Of a DNA stretch of 64,000 nt, positions 26,301 through 41,746 are shown piece after piece (positions within the stretch are counted from its first letter, which is position 1; every line of letters starts with the position of its first letter). Under the pieces are notes generated by a model. It saw only the letters and a program-made list of their open reading frames with translations. It did not search any database and was not told the origin of the DNA. The stretch comes from Octopus vulgaris (lineage: Eukaryota), in contig OX597830.1 of the NCBI GenBank assembly GCA_951406725.2, positions 70,556,001 to 70,620,000 on the forward strand, written 5' to 3'. A program made the translations under genes and the position numbers.

Positions 26301-26418
26301 TCTCATCTACTCCTTACAGATTCTTCCCTCCTTAACATCCACCTTTGCTTCTTTTCCCCCCTTCTACTTTCTTCATTAAATGCGTGCGGACGTGTACGTG
26401 CGTATGTTGTGTGTGTGT

Positions 26419-26462
<44 letters not shown>

Positions 26463-26476
26463 GTGTGTGTGTTTGT

Positions 26477-26535
<59 letters not shown>

Positions 26536-27160
26536 GTGTGTGTTGGTATAGATGGACGCGTATGAATAAATTTTGGAATCATATGCACATATAAGAGTAT
26601 ACATATGTATGTATATGTGCGTATAATTACGTATATATATATGCATATATATATATATATATGTGTGTGTATGTATATTTCTGTATATGTATGTGTGTGT
26701 ATGTATGAATGCTTGTGTGTATATACATTAATCTTATTGCAAAACCTAGCAAACAGGTATATATATGTGTAGAAAAGAATGCATGCTTTATGGATATACA
26801 CACTTGTTCTGACATATTTATTATTTGTAGACCTTTATAAACATATGCATATCAGTATGTATATATGAATATTTATTCATATCTATATCTTTACGAATAT
26901 ATACACTCACATACACATATGACACACACACACACGTATAACTCATGTATATATAATACATACACACGTACACATACACACACACATATATATGTATGTA
27001 TATATTTATATATATTAAATGAATGTATATGTATATATATTTGTATATATGTATTATATATTATATATATGCATAATATCCGTGTATATATCTATATTTA
27101 TGCCTCTCTCTCCCTTTCTATATCTATCTATCTATCTAAATATATATATATCCATCCATC

Positions 27161-27217
<57 letters not shown>

Positions 27218-27384
27218 ATATATAAATCTATTATAGCATATACTTTCTGAATGGATCTATTATCAGAAAACAAGTTTGTTGCAGCGTGTACATCAGTACA
27301 ACTCCGCGAATCGCAAGTTACTGGTACTAAAATTAGGACCCACTTTAATCTGCTACATCTCTTTCTATCTTCCTTTTATTAAGG

Positions 27385-27436
<52 letters not shown>

Positions 27437-28552
27437 GAGAGAGAGAGAGAAAGAGAGAAAGAGAGATGGATAGATAGATATTGGATATATGCTTACATGT
27501 ATATATATATTTATACATACATACATACATATATGTATGCGTGTATATGATTATTGACATTGTTTATGAGCTTGTTGAAAAGCAAGAAAACCGTGTGCTT
27601 ATGGTGAAACTCCATACACAGAGAAATTTCTTGACAGGATTGCGAACCGTGGTACAATTTAATCAACAAGGGCTCGATAAATAAGCCTTTTACATGGAAA
27701 CTTTAGGTCCAAGTCACAAACATCATATCATCAAGCACGTATACTCACAATCACATATATGTATGTATATATTTGTTTGTCTAAATACATATATCTATAT
27801 GTAGTTATGTACACATATTTGTTCTTTTCCATTTATCTGCTTATTCTTACGCAGGACACCGTCATTAAAGATAGTACGAGGCAAGTTCTGGCGATTCTTC
27901 TTCTTTCTCTACCACTTCCTGCTTTTCTTCTCTCTGTTGCTATCTCAGTCTCTATTTTTCTTTCTGTCTCTTTGTCACACACACACACACACACTCTCTC
28001 TCTCTCTCGCTCTCTCTCGCTCTCTCTCACTCATTCACTCTTTACCCTCTTTCTCTTTCTCTTTCTGTCTTTTGTAGCCAATTAAATGTTGCAAAACAAA
28101 ATATGTTTAGAAAAAAAAAAACGGAAAACGAATGATCACCCGAAGTGTGACAACATTCTTCGACTAAAATTCCCTGACAAACCATAGTTTTTGACAAGAA
28201 AGCCACCAGGGATCGTTCCTAGACCTGATAGCACCAGAAGGAAGGGAAATAAAAGCTACATTTCAAAAATATTCACTATTAAACTACCGAGACATTCAAC
28301 CGGAAGTTGTGAGATTTTGGAAGTAAATCATCCAATGGCGACCGTTGAATACGTCTTTCCTTGTCACAAAAACCTGTTTCTTTTCGTTTCTTTTTTTTTC
28401 TCTTTATATTTTTGTTCATTTACTTCTTTGTTTCTCGTTCTCGAAACTCTAGAGAACAAAATTTCCTTCCTTACAGTTAATTCTCGAGCTCAATCATTCG
28501 TAAAGATATATAAGGAACAAGCACAAACAACAACAACAACAGTAATAATAAC

Positions 28553-28616
<64 letters not shown>

Positions 28617-28883
28617 GTAATGATAATAATAGTAATCTAAATTTTGTTAAACGTTTTAAAATTAAATCTGAAATTTATAGTTCCACAGACATGCCAAGAG
28701 AAACGGCAAAACAAATTTTCCGTTTCCAAAACTACTTTTTCTATGTGTATTTACGTTACGAAACTTTTATTTGGAGTTTACTGTATATATATATATATAT
28801 ATATATATATCAATATATATACAGAGTGAGAGAGAGAGAGATAAAGAGAGAAAGAAAGATACACGTATATGTGTGTATCCATG

Positions 28884-29015
<132 letters not shown>

Positions 29016-29794
29016 TATAATTCAGAAAAATTGTAATACATGTATTACAATTTTTCTGAACTTTCAGATTTTTCTATATGCTAGGCTACTGGTTTTAAAT
29101 TGATATTAATTAAATTATTATTCAATTTATCACCCTTATTATTTAAATTATATATATATATACATATACACACATACACATATACATATATGCATACATA
29201 CATACATGCATGCATAGAAGATTACATACGAACATATACATACGCACGTATCTACATAGATTGTATGTTCTTTTCTATTTTTTAAGTTCTGCAGTAAGGA
29301 ATATGGTTTCTAACAAAGATACAAAGCTCCATCGCTGGAATGTAGATGGAAAAAATCAGTCATACTTTGAACTTGACGGAAAGGGTTGCATATTTTTACT
29401 GTTCCACTTCCAAACTGAATTTGTAATATTCATGTTAGCTGGTTGATTCCTTTTTCCGAAATTTACTAGCAAAACAAAAGGTACCAATTGGTATTGGTAT
29501 AAAGGGGAATTTATATTCTGAGCAAAGAAGCAGATTTCGAAACAGTTTTTTCGCAGTTGTCATCTCTGTGTTTGATGCTGGAAGAAATTTTCACATCAGC
29601 ATGGCATGCGGACATTCTATGACGATACATGCTTCTTCTTGTTCGTCCCAAAAAACGATATCTGATGCGTTAAATTTCCACGAGATAAAAATTTTTATAA
29701 CGATATTCCACGAATATTGCTTGTGTTGATTTGTATGTATGTGTATTTGCATACCTATATGCGCATACACAAGCACACACGCACACACACAAAC

Positions 29795-29845
<51 letters not shown>

Positions 29846-30142
29846 GACACACACACTCACGCACGCACGCACACATATTATTTTACTTTATTATTTTGCT
29901 TGCTTTAGTTATTTGACTGCGGCCAAGCAGGAGCACCACCGTGAAGAGTTTTAGTCAAACTAATAGACACCAGGACTTATTTTATTAAGACTTGTACTTA
30001 TTCCATCGGTCACTTTGCCGAACCGCTAGATTACGGGGACGTAAACACACGAACACCGGTTGTCAGGCGGTAATAGTCCGGGACAATCCTAGACACAAAG
30101 ACACATATAAATATATATATAATATATAATATAATATATAAA

Positions 30143-30174
<32 letters not shown>

Positions 30175-30265
30175 ATGTGTGTGTGTGTATGTATGTATGT
30201 TTGTATGTATGTATGTATGTATGTATATGTGTGTGTGTATGTATGTTTATATATATATATACATA

Positions 30266-30343
<78 letters not shown>

Positions 30344-30917
30344 TAAGACGGGCTTTTTCCAAATCCACTCACATAGCTTTGATCGGCCCGAAGCTATAGT
30401 AGAATACATTTGCCTAAGATGCCACGCAGTGGGACTGAACCTGGAACCATGTGGTTGGGAAGCAGGCAGACAATGTCTAACTTAATATCACCAAAGTCAG
30501 TTTGTATTTCTTTGCGTACGTATATGTGAGTAGAAGTGTGTGTATATAAAAAACATGTGTATGAATCTTTATGCGCATGTATGTATATGCGAATATGTTG
30601 TGAATATGTAGCTGTGTGCAAGTGTGAGCGCCCTCTGTCTTTCTGATGAGGTTCAAATCAGAGATTAATCGCTCTGCTTGTTTTTACAGCTCTTTCACAC
30701 CTTCGCTGGGGAGTTATAAGACTTGTGTCACACTCACACCCTTTGACCACGCTGTCAGAAATTCGTAAAACCTCGGTCAGCGAAGGGTTCTGACCTTGTC
30801 ACATAGACGACATGACGTCATCGCCTGCTAAACGATAGCATCTTTAAAATGGCTTCCTCAAGACTCACAACGACATTACAGCCGTTTATGATTTTATCGT
30901 CATTGCAGCAGTAGTAA

Positions 30918-30996
<79 letters not shown>

Positions 30997-31117
30997 TGTT
31001 GTTGTTGTTGTTGTTGTTGTATTTGTGGCTACTGTTTGTCTTTTATTGGAGTGCCGAATGAGTTATTGCGTTTCATGATTAAACGTACTCTACCTTAAAG
31101 TTTAAACGATGAAAAGA

Positions 31118-31239
<122 letters not shown>

Positions 31240-31461
31240 TATATTGGTATATATTAATATATACACACATACATACATATACATATATATATAAATATGT
31301 ATATACATATATATGTATATACATACATATGTATATATGTGTGTGTACATATATTTATATGATTAAATATTTAAGTATATACATATAAAGTATTATGCAC
31401 ACATGTTGGGCATACATATATTATATATGTACCTATGTATTTATGTATATATGTATATATT

Positions 31462-31534
<73 letters not shown>

Positions 31535-32014
31535 CTATACGTACATATGCGCATATGTGTGTATGTGTGTGTGTATGCATAGCAGTTATAAAAATATATG
31601 TACAGTGAGAAATTTATGAGTTTATTTATTTGCTATTTACCAGTTTAATGTTGAGCCATGCACATCTAACTATTCTTCTCGAACTTTTATCAGAAGATTC
31701 AACATTAAACTGGTTAACAGAGTGCATAATTGTGTATGTGCTACACACACACGCACACCTGCATACACACACACACACACACACTTTCTCTCTCTCTGTT
31801 TCTCACACTCTCTCTCTCTCTATTTACACACACACACATATATGTATATATACGTTCACATATATGTTTATATACATATATTCATACATTTATACATGCA
31901 GATGAGCAATGTAATATAAATTCAGTTATAACTGCACAGATGCTCTATATAATAACGTTGCGTGTAATTTACGTTTTAATTCCCTCACGCCCACACATAC
32001 ACGTATGCACACAT

Positions 32015-32082
<68 letters not shown>

Positions 32083-32547
32083 GCACATACACGTTTAAAC
32101 ATGGACACTGAGAGAAAAGAGACGAAGATAATGATGATCATAGGGAAATAAAAAGTGTGAGAAAACAATGAAATAGTAATTATTATATATTCTGTATATT
32201 CTTTTACTAGCTTCCGGCGGTAGTTTGTGGTCATATTGGGGCATCTCAACGGCCATTTTGGATCATATAGATGTGTGTATGCAGCTGCGTGTATGTATTT
32301 GTGTGTGTGCGTATGTGTATGTGTATGTGTATATTTAGAGAAAGGAGATATAGGGAGATATAAAGCAGGAGCTTGTTCCATATGTATATATGTATATGTA
32401 TACGTGTTATGTATATATGTGCATACGCACACTCACATACATATAAAAAAGAAAGAGAAAGAGAGAGAGAGAGAAAGAGAGAGAGATCTAGATGGATAAA
32501 TATATGGATATATGAAGAGATATATGTATGTATGCATGAATATATGT

Positions 32548-32583
<36 letters not shown>

Positions 32584-32593
32584 GCAGTGTATG

Positions 32594-32624
<31 letters not shown>

Positions 32625-32684
32625 GTCTAGATACACAGTTGGGCAGATAGATATATTGACAAATATATATATATATATAGAGAG

Positions 32685-32759
<75 letters not shown>

Positions 32760-32804
32760 CAGAGAGATAGACAGACAGACAGACAGACAGGTAGATAGAT
32801 AGAT

Positions 32805-32866
<62 letters not shown>

Positions 32867-32890
32867 GTAGATATATAGATAGATAGATAG

Positions 32891-32973
<83 letters not shown>

Positions 32974-33532
32974 GTATGTGAGAAATTACGAGGGTGCTGT
33001 AATTGCCTGTCTTGGTAATGTTTACAATCATAATAATAGGCAATTTTATAGAAAAATAGAGTTACCAGTTCTAACACAATCCCAGATAACGTAGAGGGCG
33101 TCATTTTAAATTCTACTTATTTACTAACGTCGCTTCACCCCTGAGGATCCTCCTCCCCCCTCCACGTCCACGTTGTTGTCCTCCTCCTTCTCCTCCTCTT
33201 CATTTTTCTTCTGTTCATATGTGTGTGTGTGTGTGTGTGTGTTTTTATATGAATGACCCACCACACGTTTGTCCGTTTTTATGCTCCTGAGGCAAATAAA
33301 TCATTGTGATCGTCATCCCAGCCTCACCTCCACCTACCTCTAACCTTCCTCCTCTCCATATTGCTTCGTCTTCTTCTTGTTCCTCTTCTTCTTCTTCGTC
33401 GTCGTCGTCGTCATCGTTGTCGTCGTACCCCTTCACCCTCCGCCTCCCCCTTCATCGTCATCGTAATTAATTTTCATATCGTCATCAGCATTTTTCTCAT
33501 TATTATCAATTTTATGGCCACTAATATATATT

Positions 33533-33534
<2 letters not shown>

Positions 33535-33595
<61 letters not shown>

Positions 33596-33608
33596 TTCTT
33601 CATCATCC

Positions 33609-33706
<98 letters not shown>

Positions 33707-33750
33707 GTCGTCGTCGTCGTCGTCGTAATCATCATCATCATCATCATCAT
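33535..33750. repeat. (CAT)n trinucleotide microsatellite; similar tracts at 41524-41750 and 42788-42883
   Basis: Direct reading; source of the poly-H/M/I/S ORFs. Confidence 0.98.
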
Positions 33751-34108
33751 TGTCGTAATCCGCGACGTCGTCGTTGTCATCGTTATCATCGTTATCATTT
33801 CTCTTATTATCGCCAGTGTCATTGTCGCTATGATGATCGTCAGCATCATCAGCATTGTCGTTATCATCCGTAATGTTATTTATTTAACATATACGTATGT
33901 ATGTATGTATGTATGTATGTATGTATGTATGTATGTATGTATGTATGTATGTATGTATGTATGTATGTATGTATGTTTATCTGTCTGTCGTATGTATGTA
34001 AGTATGTGTCTATGTGTGTATATATGTATATGTATGTATATATGTATGCATGTATGTATGTTTGTGTGCTTGGGTGTGTTGGTCTTTCTGTATCTATTTC
34101 TCTCTCTG

Positions 34109-34156
<48 letters not shown>

Positions 34157-34479
34157 TATTTAATGTCAGACAGAACCAACATCTCACAAAATTTTATAGG
34201 TTTTATATGTATTTCTGAATGCATTTTGTGATGCGTTGGCTCAGCACCAGCACAACGACCACCCCCCGCTAATACGTCCACCTTCACAACAAACACCATT
34301 TATATACATTCATGAATATACACACGCACACACACACACATGCACACATATATAAATATATGGCCATACATATATACATACATACATACATACACACATA
34401 TGCACCCTCATATATATATATATATGTATGATAACGCTTGCACGCGTGCACACGTTTACACAATTGTATATATATACAC

Positions 34480-34515
<36 letters not shown>

Positions 34516-34745
34516 GTGTATGTATGTATGTATGTATGTATATACGAGGGAGAAGACAAGTCTTTCACAGAAATTAATAGGAATAGAAAAAGCTAGTTGA
34601 GTGAAGTGTGTTTGTGTGTGTATACACATATATATATACACACACACATACATACCACACACACACAAAGTCCCACACATGTATGCATATGTATATATGT
34701 ATGTATAGACAGAGGAAGGGAGAGGGGGAGAACATATCGAGCTAA

Positions 34746-34807
<62 letters not shown>

Positions 34808-35039
34808 GTGTCTGTGAGAGAGAGAGAGATAGAGAAGGAGAGAGAGTGAACGAGAGAGAAAGAGAGAGACAGAGACAGAAAGAATGAATGGTGGGTAGAA
34901 GAAATGGCGGCTGAAGAGAGTTTGAGATAGCGAGAAAGAGAGAGAGAGAGGGGGAGAGATTGGGGAAAAACAAAAACAACAACAAACAAACTATGAACCA
35001 AAAAACAAACTGTTTGGAAAAAGGGAAAAAGGAACAGAG

Positions 35040-35235
35040 GTAGGGGGAGGATTAAATAGATAGCTGTCAGCTGTGTGACCCTTCTCGTCTAGTGATTGGC
35101 TGTTTGGACAATAGACAACCGTCAGGCGTTGAGCGCGCGCGACTATTCTCTTTTTTAATTGAACGCTTTAAGTCCATTGCCAAACACTGAACGAGCACTC
35201 TGTATTAATCTATTTATTCATTCATTTCCACCTCA
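35040..35235. promoter_or_regulatory. Candidate cis-regulatory island
   Basis: Unique CpG-rich patch with TGTCA/CAGCTG, TGATTGG (CCAAT box), ACAATAG (Sox-like) and gcgcgcgc, downstream of a GA-rich tract. Confidence 0.3.
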
Positions 35236-35458
35236 TTTCTAGTTGTTGTTGTTGTTGTTGTTGTTGTTACGTTTTGTTTGTTTGCTGTTGTAGTTGTTTT
35301 GTTAGTTTTGTTTGCTTTCTTGACCGTTTTTTTTTATATTTTATTTTTTTTTTTGTTTTGTTTTGTTTTGTCCCTTGCCCTATGAAATCTAAATAATGCA
35401 ACGTCCATTTTACTTTCACGACCAAATCCACATTTCAGCGTTGTTTGTATTTAATTTC

Positions 35459-35571
<113 letters not shown>

Positions 35572-35583
35572 TACATAATACAA

Positions 35584-35623
<40 letters not shown>

Positions 35624-35744
35624 GTATATATATGTGTGTGTGTATGTATATGTATATATATATATATACATATATATATGTATATATATATATGTGTGTG
35701 TGTGTGTATGTGTATGTGTGTATGTATATGTATATATGTATATG

Positions 35745-35793
<49 letters not shown>

Positions 35794-36388
35794 ATATATA
35801 TATGTATTACGTATAGGTATATATATACTTTTTGGGACTTGGTTTTGCTTAGTTTGGACCATCTAGAATTTAGACACACACACATAAACACAGGCGTGTA
35901 TACCTGTAATTATGCATACTCATACATTCACACACGTATACAATATATACGCATTATTCTCTCCCCCCTCTTTTCTGTATCTATCTATCTATTTATTTAT
36001 CTGTCATATACATAGTTACATACATACATACATACAAACATACATACATATGGTAGTAATATATATATATATATATATATAATTACACATGTGACTGTAA
36101 TGCGTTCGTGTGTGTCTTTTTGTGTGTGAGTTCTCATATATAAGCATTATGCTAATTTGTATATACGTATATATGTATGTATGTTTGTAAGGATGTATAT
36201 AAACATTTGTGTATTAATATATGTATATTTGTCTAAGGACATATTTTTGTGTATTTCGTATTTATATTGTTTGGAACTTTTTGGCTTTGTCACTCTGAAA
36301 GAGGTGTGAACACTGCGAATAATAATAAATGCATACATACATACATACATACATTACATGAATCTGTCCAGCCATTCATCCATCCATG

Positions 36389-36424
<36 letters not shown>

Positions 36425-37239
36425 TACACACTTATATATATATATATATATATGTGTGCGAGTGTGAGTGTGTGTGTACGTGCGTGTGTGTGTGTGTGTG
36501 TGTGTGAGTGTAGAAGAAACCCCCATCTCATCCCACGTGCTATACACACCATATACACACACATACACACACACAAATATACACACCACACCCACACGTG
36601 CTAGTTCTATATAATATGTCCTGTAGAGGCTTGCTATTATTATATTAAATGTATATAGCTTTAGCTTTTACATACCAGGCAAGTTTTGACGCTTAGACAC
36701 ATAAAGGGTAGACAAGGACACACAAAACACGTACGTATGTGTATGTGAGTGTGTATCTGTATGTGTGTGTGAGTGTTTGCGTATATGGGTATATACATTC
36801 ATATACACACACACACATATATACATACGCACATACACATACTAATATAATATTCTTTTACTGGTTTCAGCTATGGACTTCGTATGTCCCAACTGATGCA
36901 TCGTTTTCAAAAGCCTTTGTTAACCATATCGACCCTAGTAATTGTATTAGTCGGGTATCTATGTTCTTGAACAATAGATGTCAAACCGCTAAGTTACAGC
37001 ATAAAAGACAAACAAGAAAAAAAAAAAAGGAAAAATACGGTGCGACACCAACATATATACAACACTGATTTTTAGTCTGACGTGAAGCATAATCACAGAT
37101 ATAAAGCATCCATATACAATCATATATATAAATATATATATATGTATGTTTATATATGTATATATATATACTATAACTTGGCTTTGCTACAGAAAGACCA
37201 ATAATTGCTCAGTGTTAATTAAGCTCCCTCACGCTAAGA

Positions 37240-37316
37240 CTCTGAAGAAGCTATAGGATATCGCACCGTAACACAGCTCTGGGTGCTTGTTTCCTAATAG
37301 CCGAAAAAGTTGTAAG
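37240..37316 (+). ncRNA. Degenerate hammerhead ribozyme with long stem II
   Basis: CTGAAGA 37242-37248; stem II gctatagga..gcacc/ggtgc..tcctaatagc; GAAA 37303-37306; imperfect stem III aaagttgt, then A and ag pairing with ct. Confidence 0.6.
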
Positions 37317-37671
37317 CTAATGAAGATGATTATGTCATATCGTTACTTGTTTAGCTCATAAGAAATACATGAAGTATATTCTGTCTAGTTCTATTAAATA
37401 TATCTACGATTTTTGTATGTGTTCGAAACTACGTGGCTTTTGGTTCAGTCCCACTGTTCGGCTCCTTGGGCAAGAGTTTTTTATACTGTAGCCTTGTGGT
37501 CGACCAATGCGTCGTGGTGGATTCAAATTCCGCCAAGGTCGACTTTGCCTTTCACCTTTTGGGGTCGATAAATAAAGTACCAGTTTCGCATTGGGGTCGA
37601 TGTAATCGACTTAATCCCTTTGATTGTCCTTGTTTGTCCTCTCTATGTTTAGCCCCTTGTGGGCAATAATG

Positions 37672-37707
<36 letters not shown>

Positions 37708-37711
<4 letters not shown>

Positions 37712-38058
37712 AATTGCAGCGTGGAGGTGTTTATAAGCCATTTAAGAAACACACAAAAGCCGTTCGATTCACTCCAACATTTAAGTTTAATTTGTCAAAA
37801 TATTTTCGTCGCTAAAATCCGCGACCTGTTCACTGACAAAGTCCGTGCTGCATCACAGAGATGCAGCACGGACTTTGTCAGTGAACAGGTCGCGGATTTT
37901 AGCGACGAAAATATTTTGACAAATTAAACTTAAATGTTGGAGTGAATCGAACGGCTTTTGTGTGTTTCTTAAATGGCTTATAAACACCTCCCACGCTGCA
38001 ATTGTTTTCGTTTCAGCACACGATCTCAGATCAAATTACTTGCTATGCGAGTACATCT

Positions 38059-38060
<2 letters not shown>
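37708..38060. mobile_element. Fold-back element (147/148-bp arms, 5-nt loop, 53-nt tail) in (TA)n; each arm has a variant hammerhead
   Basis: 37708-37854 pairs with 37860-38007 with a single extra C; HHR topology at 37874-37923(+) and 37791-37840(-). Confidence 0.8.
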
Positions 38061-38116
<56 letters not shown>

Positions 38117-38267
38117 AAGGGATTTAGATTTTAATGATAATGGTTATTAATGTTGTAGCCCCCAGTTTGTATTTGGTGAGCAGGGTATTCTGTAGGAATA
38201 TTGATGAATATTTGTACGCCATCATCAAGTCAATTGATTAGTTGACGCAATCACAACTTCCTTAATA

Positions 38268-38790
38268 TAGGGTGTCTTTCCCGAGTATTTTACAGTGAAA
38301 TAAATATAAGATGGTATAAGACTACAAAAGAATATATATGAGACTTTAAGAGGTGTTGAAAGTGTCGTCCTTCATTTTAAATACATAAGTCGACTCTTCT
38401 ACACATGTTTTGAAATACATCTTGGAGAGTCTGATGCAGTATGGACCGTGTGAAGGTTATGATTGGGTCTTTTAGCTCATTAATAGTTTTCAGGCGATAC
38501 TTGTACTCTGATCCTTTACTTGCTCCCCAGAAAAAGATGTCTGGCGGTGTTAAATCAGGTGGTTTTGGTGGTCAAAGTCCCTTCGAAATAATCCGTTCAC
38601 CGAAAAACTCTTGAAGTAGCGCCATGGTGAAGCGCGAAGAATGTGCTGTAGCTCCATCTTGCTGAAAGTATGCATTATTAATTTCACTTTCAGCGAATTG
38701 GCCTACAAATGGATAGACAATATTTGAGCAATATCTATCGGTGTTGATGGTGTCGTCAAAAAGCTCACTGCGGAGAGACTTTTTGAACAA
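38268..38790 (-). pseudogene. Tc1/mariner-superfamily transposase C-terminal remnant
   Basis: YFQQDGATAH..LLQEFFGERIISKGL*PPKPPDLTPPDIFFWG..GRHFQHLL. Confidence 0.88.
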
Positions 38791-38858
38791 CCTGTATTTG
38801 TTACTCTAATCCCTACATAGACAGACAGACAGACAGACAGACATACAGACAGACAGAC

Positions 38859-38919
<61 letters not shown>

Positions 38920-39330
38920 TGCTGTGTGTGCGCATGTGTATGTGTTTTGTGTGTGCGTGTGTATGCCTTTGTGTTTGTATTCCCACCATTATGAGAACGC
39001 TCCCCCCCCCGTAAAATAGCGGTTCGGCAAACGAAAAGGATAGAATAAGTACCAGGTTTGAAACGAGAAACAAAGATCAACAACAAAAAAATTATATTTT
39101 CAACCACACTTTAATACTGACGTACGACCATGTTAAATTCTTAATTAATTCAAACCTCTTTAAAATCAATTCAGTGATTAAATTAATAAATATCAGACAG
39201 TATGAATTGTTAAATTGATTAATTAACCACTTCCTGTGTCTGAGTTACGCTCTAATCAAGTACATACATGACACTTTTGGCACGTATAAACGTATAATAT
39301 ATATTCACACACATATATACATGCATATAT

Positions 39331-39377
<47 letters not shown>

Positions 39378-39405
39378 GTATAGTATATATATATATATAT
39401 ATATA

Positions 39406-39450
<45 letters not shown>

Positions 39451-39491
39451 ATATATATATATATATATATGCGAGTTGTTATATATACTAA

Positions 39492-39527
<36 letters not shown>

Positions 39528-39868
39528 TTAGTATATATAATAACTCGCACGTACTCCCTTGCTTACATAGAAACATATACACATACGTACATACATACCG
39601 TCTGAGTTTTACAAAACAAAAGGCGATGAAACATAACCGAAAAAATAAAAGAGCTTGATAGGAAACGAACCCCGCACCATGCGGTTGCCAAGCAACAGAG
39701 ATAGACATGCCATCCGAGTATTGTCTAAGTGCCTGGAGCTCATTTTTGATACGAAAATGATATCAGGGTTTGTGTTTATTGAAGACTGTTCATATGAAAA
39801 TTGAATAAATAAATAATAAGAGAAAACGCCCAGCAGACGTAACTGATTATCATAACTTGCGTGTATAT

Positions 39869-39908
<40 letters not shown>

Positions 39909-39946
39909 ACACACACACGGACACACACACAGAGACACACAGAGAC

Positions 39947-40009
<63 letters not shown>

Positions 40010-40121
40010 AGATATAGTTATGGTGAAGGCCAAATTCACGGCATACAATAATCTCTTGAAAATATTCTGAAAATTGGTGAAAAAATTTTACCTTATTTCA
40101 ATGTATAGACATACATACTAC

Positions 40122-40172
<51 letters not shown>

Positions 40173-40248
40173 TGCATGTGTTCACGTATATACATGCAAT
40201 ATGTGTGAGTACATACATATACAAATATATATATATACATTATATATA

Positions 40249-40300
<52 letters not shown>

Positions 40301-41523
40301 TACACTTACTCATATATGTGTGTCTGTCTATATGCGAGTAAGCGGACATGTGAAGGAATATGGTGCTCAACACATTTTGTAGGAATTATGTATATAGTGA
40401 CTCAGCTCCAATTTTCGTGGGCTCCTACGACGGGTCTAAAACTGGCACAAACCACTATTAAAAGAATGATGCATACTTATTTACATATACAATACACGTA
40501 AGTGCATTTTTGTTAAGAAGCTTGCTTCCCAACCACATGTCTCCGGGTTTAGTCCCATTGCGCGACATCTTGGACAAGTGTCTTCTACTACAGCCTCGGG
40601 CCGACCAAAGCCTTGTGAGTGGATTTGGTAGACGGAAACTGAAAGAAGCCCGTCGTATATATATATATCTGTGTGTGTGTGCGTTTGTGTGTTTGTGTGT
40701 CTGTGTTTGCCCCCCACCCATCGCTTGACAACCGATGTTGGTATGTTTGCATCCCCATGATTTAGCGGTTCGGCATAGGAACCCAATTAAAAAAAGTACC
40801 AGGCTTACAAAGAATAAGCTCTGGGTTCGATTTGGTCGACTAAAGGCGGCGTTCCACCTTTCAAATGACTGAAACAAGTAAAAGATTAAAGGAATATATA
40901 TAGAAACACTAATAGAGCGATGCTTTAAATTATATTGGTAACTCAGAAGGTAAACAGTCGGATGAAATAGTTCTAGGCATTTTGTCCGGCGTACTAACTC
41001 TTCTACTAGCTTACCAATAACAATAATAATGGTTTCGAATTTGGCCACTGAGGACAGCCATCTTGGGGGAGGAGATGAGTCGAAACACTTGGGTCGATCT
41101 AATTGATCTACCCACACCCGCAAAATATCTGACCTTATACCTACAGTAGAAGAGATTATTACTTTTCTTGTTATTACAGAGGCAAGCTGGCAGAATCGTT
41201 AGTTCGCCGGACAAACTATTTATCGGCGTTTCTTCCGATTTTACGTTCTGAGTTCAAATTTTGCCGAGGTCTACTCTGCCTTTCATCCTTTCTGATTCGA
41301 TAGAATAAGTATCAGTCGAGCAGTGGGGTCGATGTAAACCACTAGCTCCTCCTTAAAATTCCTGGCCTTCTGCCTATAGTAAAAATGGTTATTACCATTA
41401 TTACTATTATTGTTGTTTTTATTATTATGTACCCTGTCCATCGCCCTACTGGCAAGTGAACTTTTATTAAGCTTATCATCAAATCACTGTCAATATAATA
41501 TTATTGCCATTAATACCATTAAT

Positions 41524-41576
<53 letters not shown>

Positions 41577-41577
41577 T

Positions 41578-41688
<111 letters not shown>

Positions 41689-41706
41689 GTCATCATCATC
41701 ATCATC

Positions 41707-41746
<40 letters not shown>

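Noticed and set aside
29290-29720. FYDDT resembling an RT YADD motif
   Set aside because: No other RT motifs in register.
30640-30790. CTGATGAG plus weak inverted repeats
   Set aside because: No properly placed stem II-GAAA-stem III; pairing is within chance.
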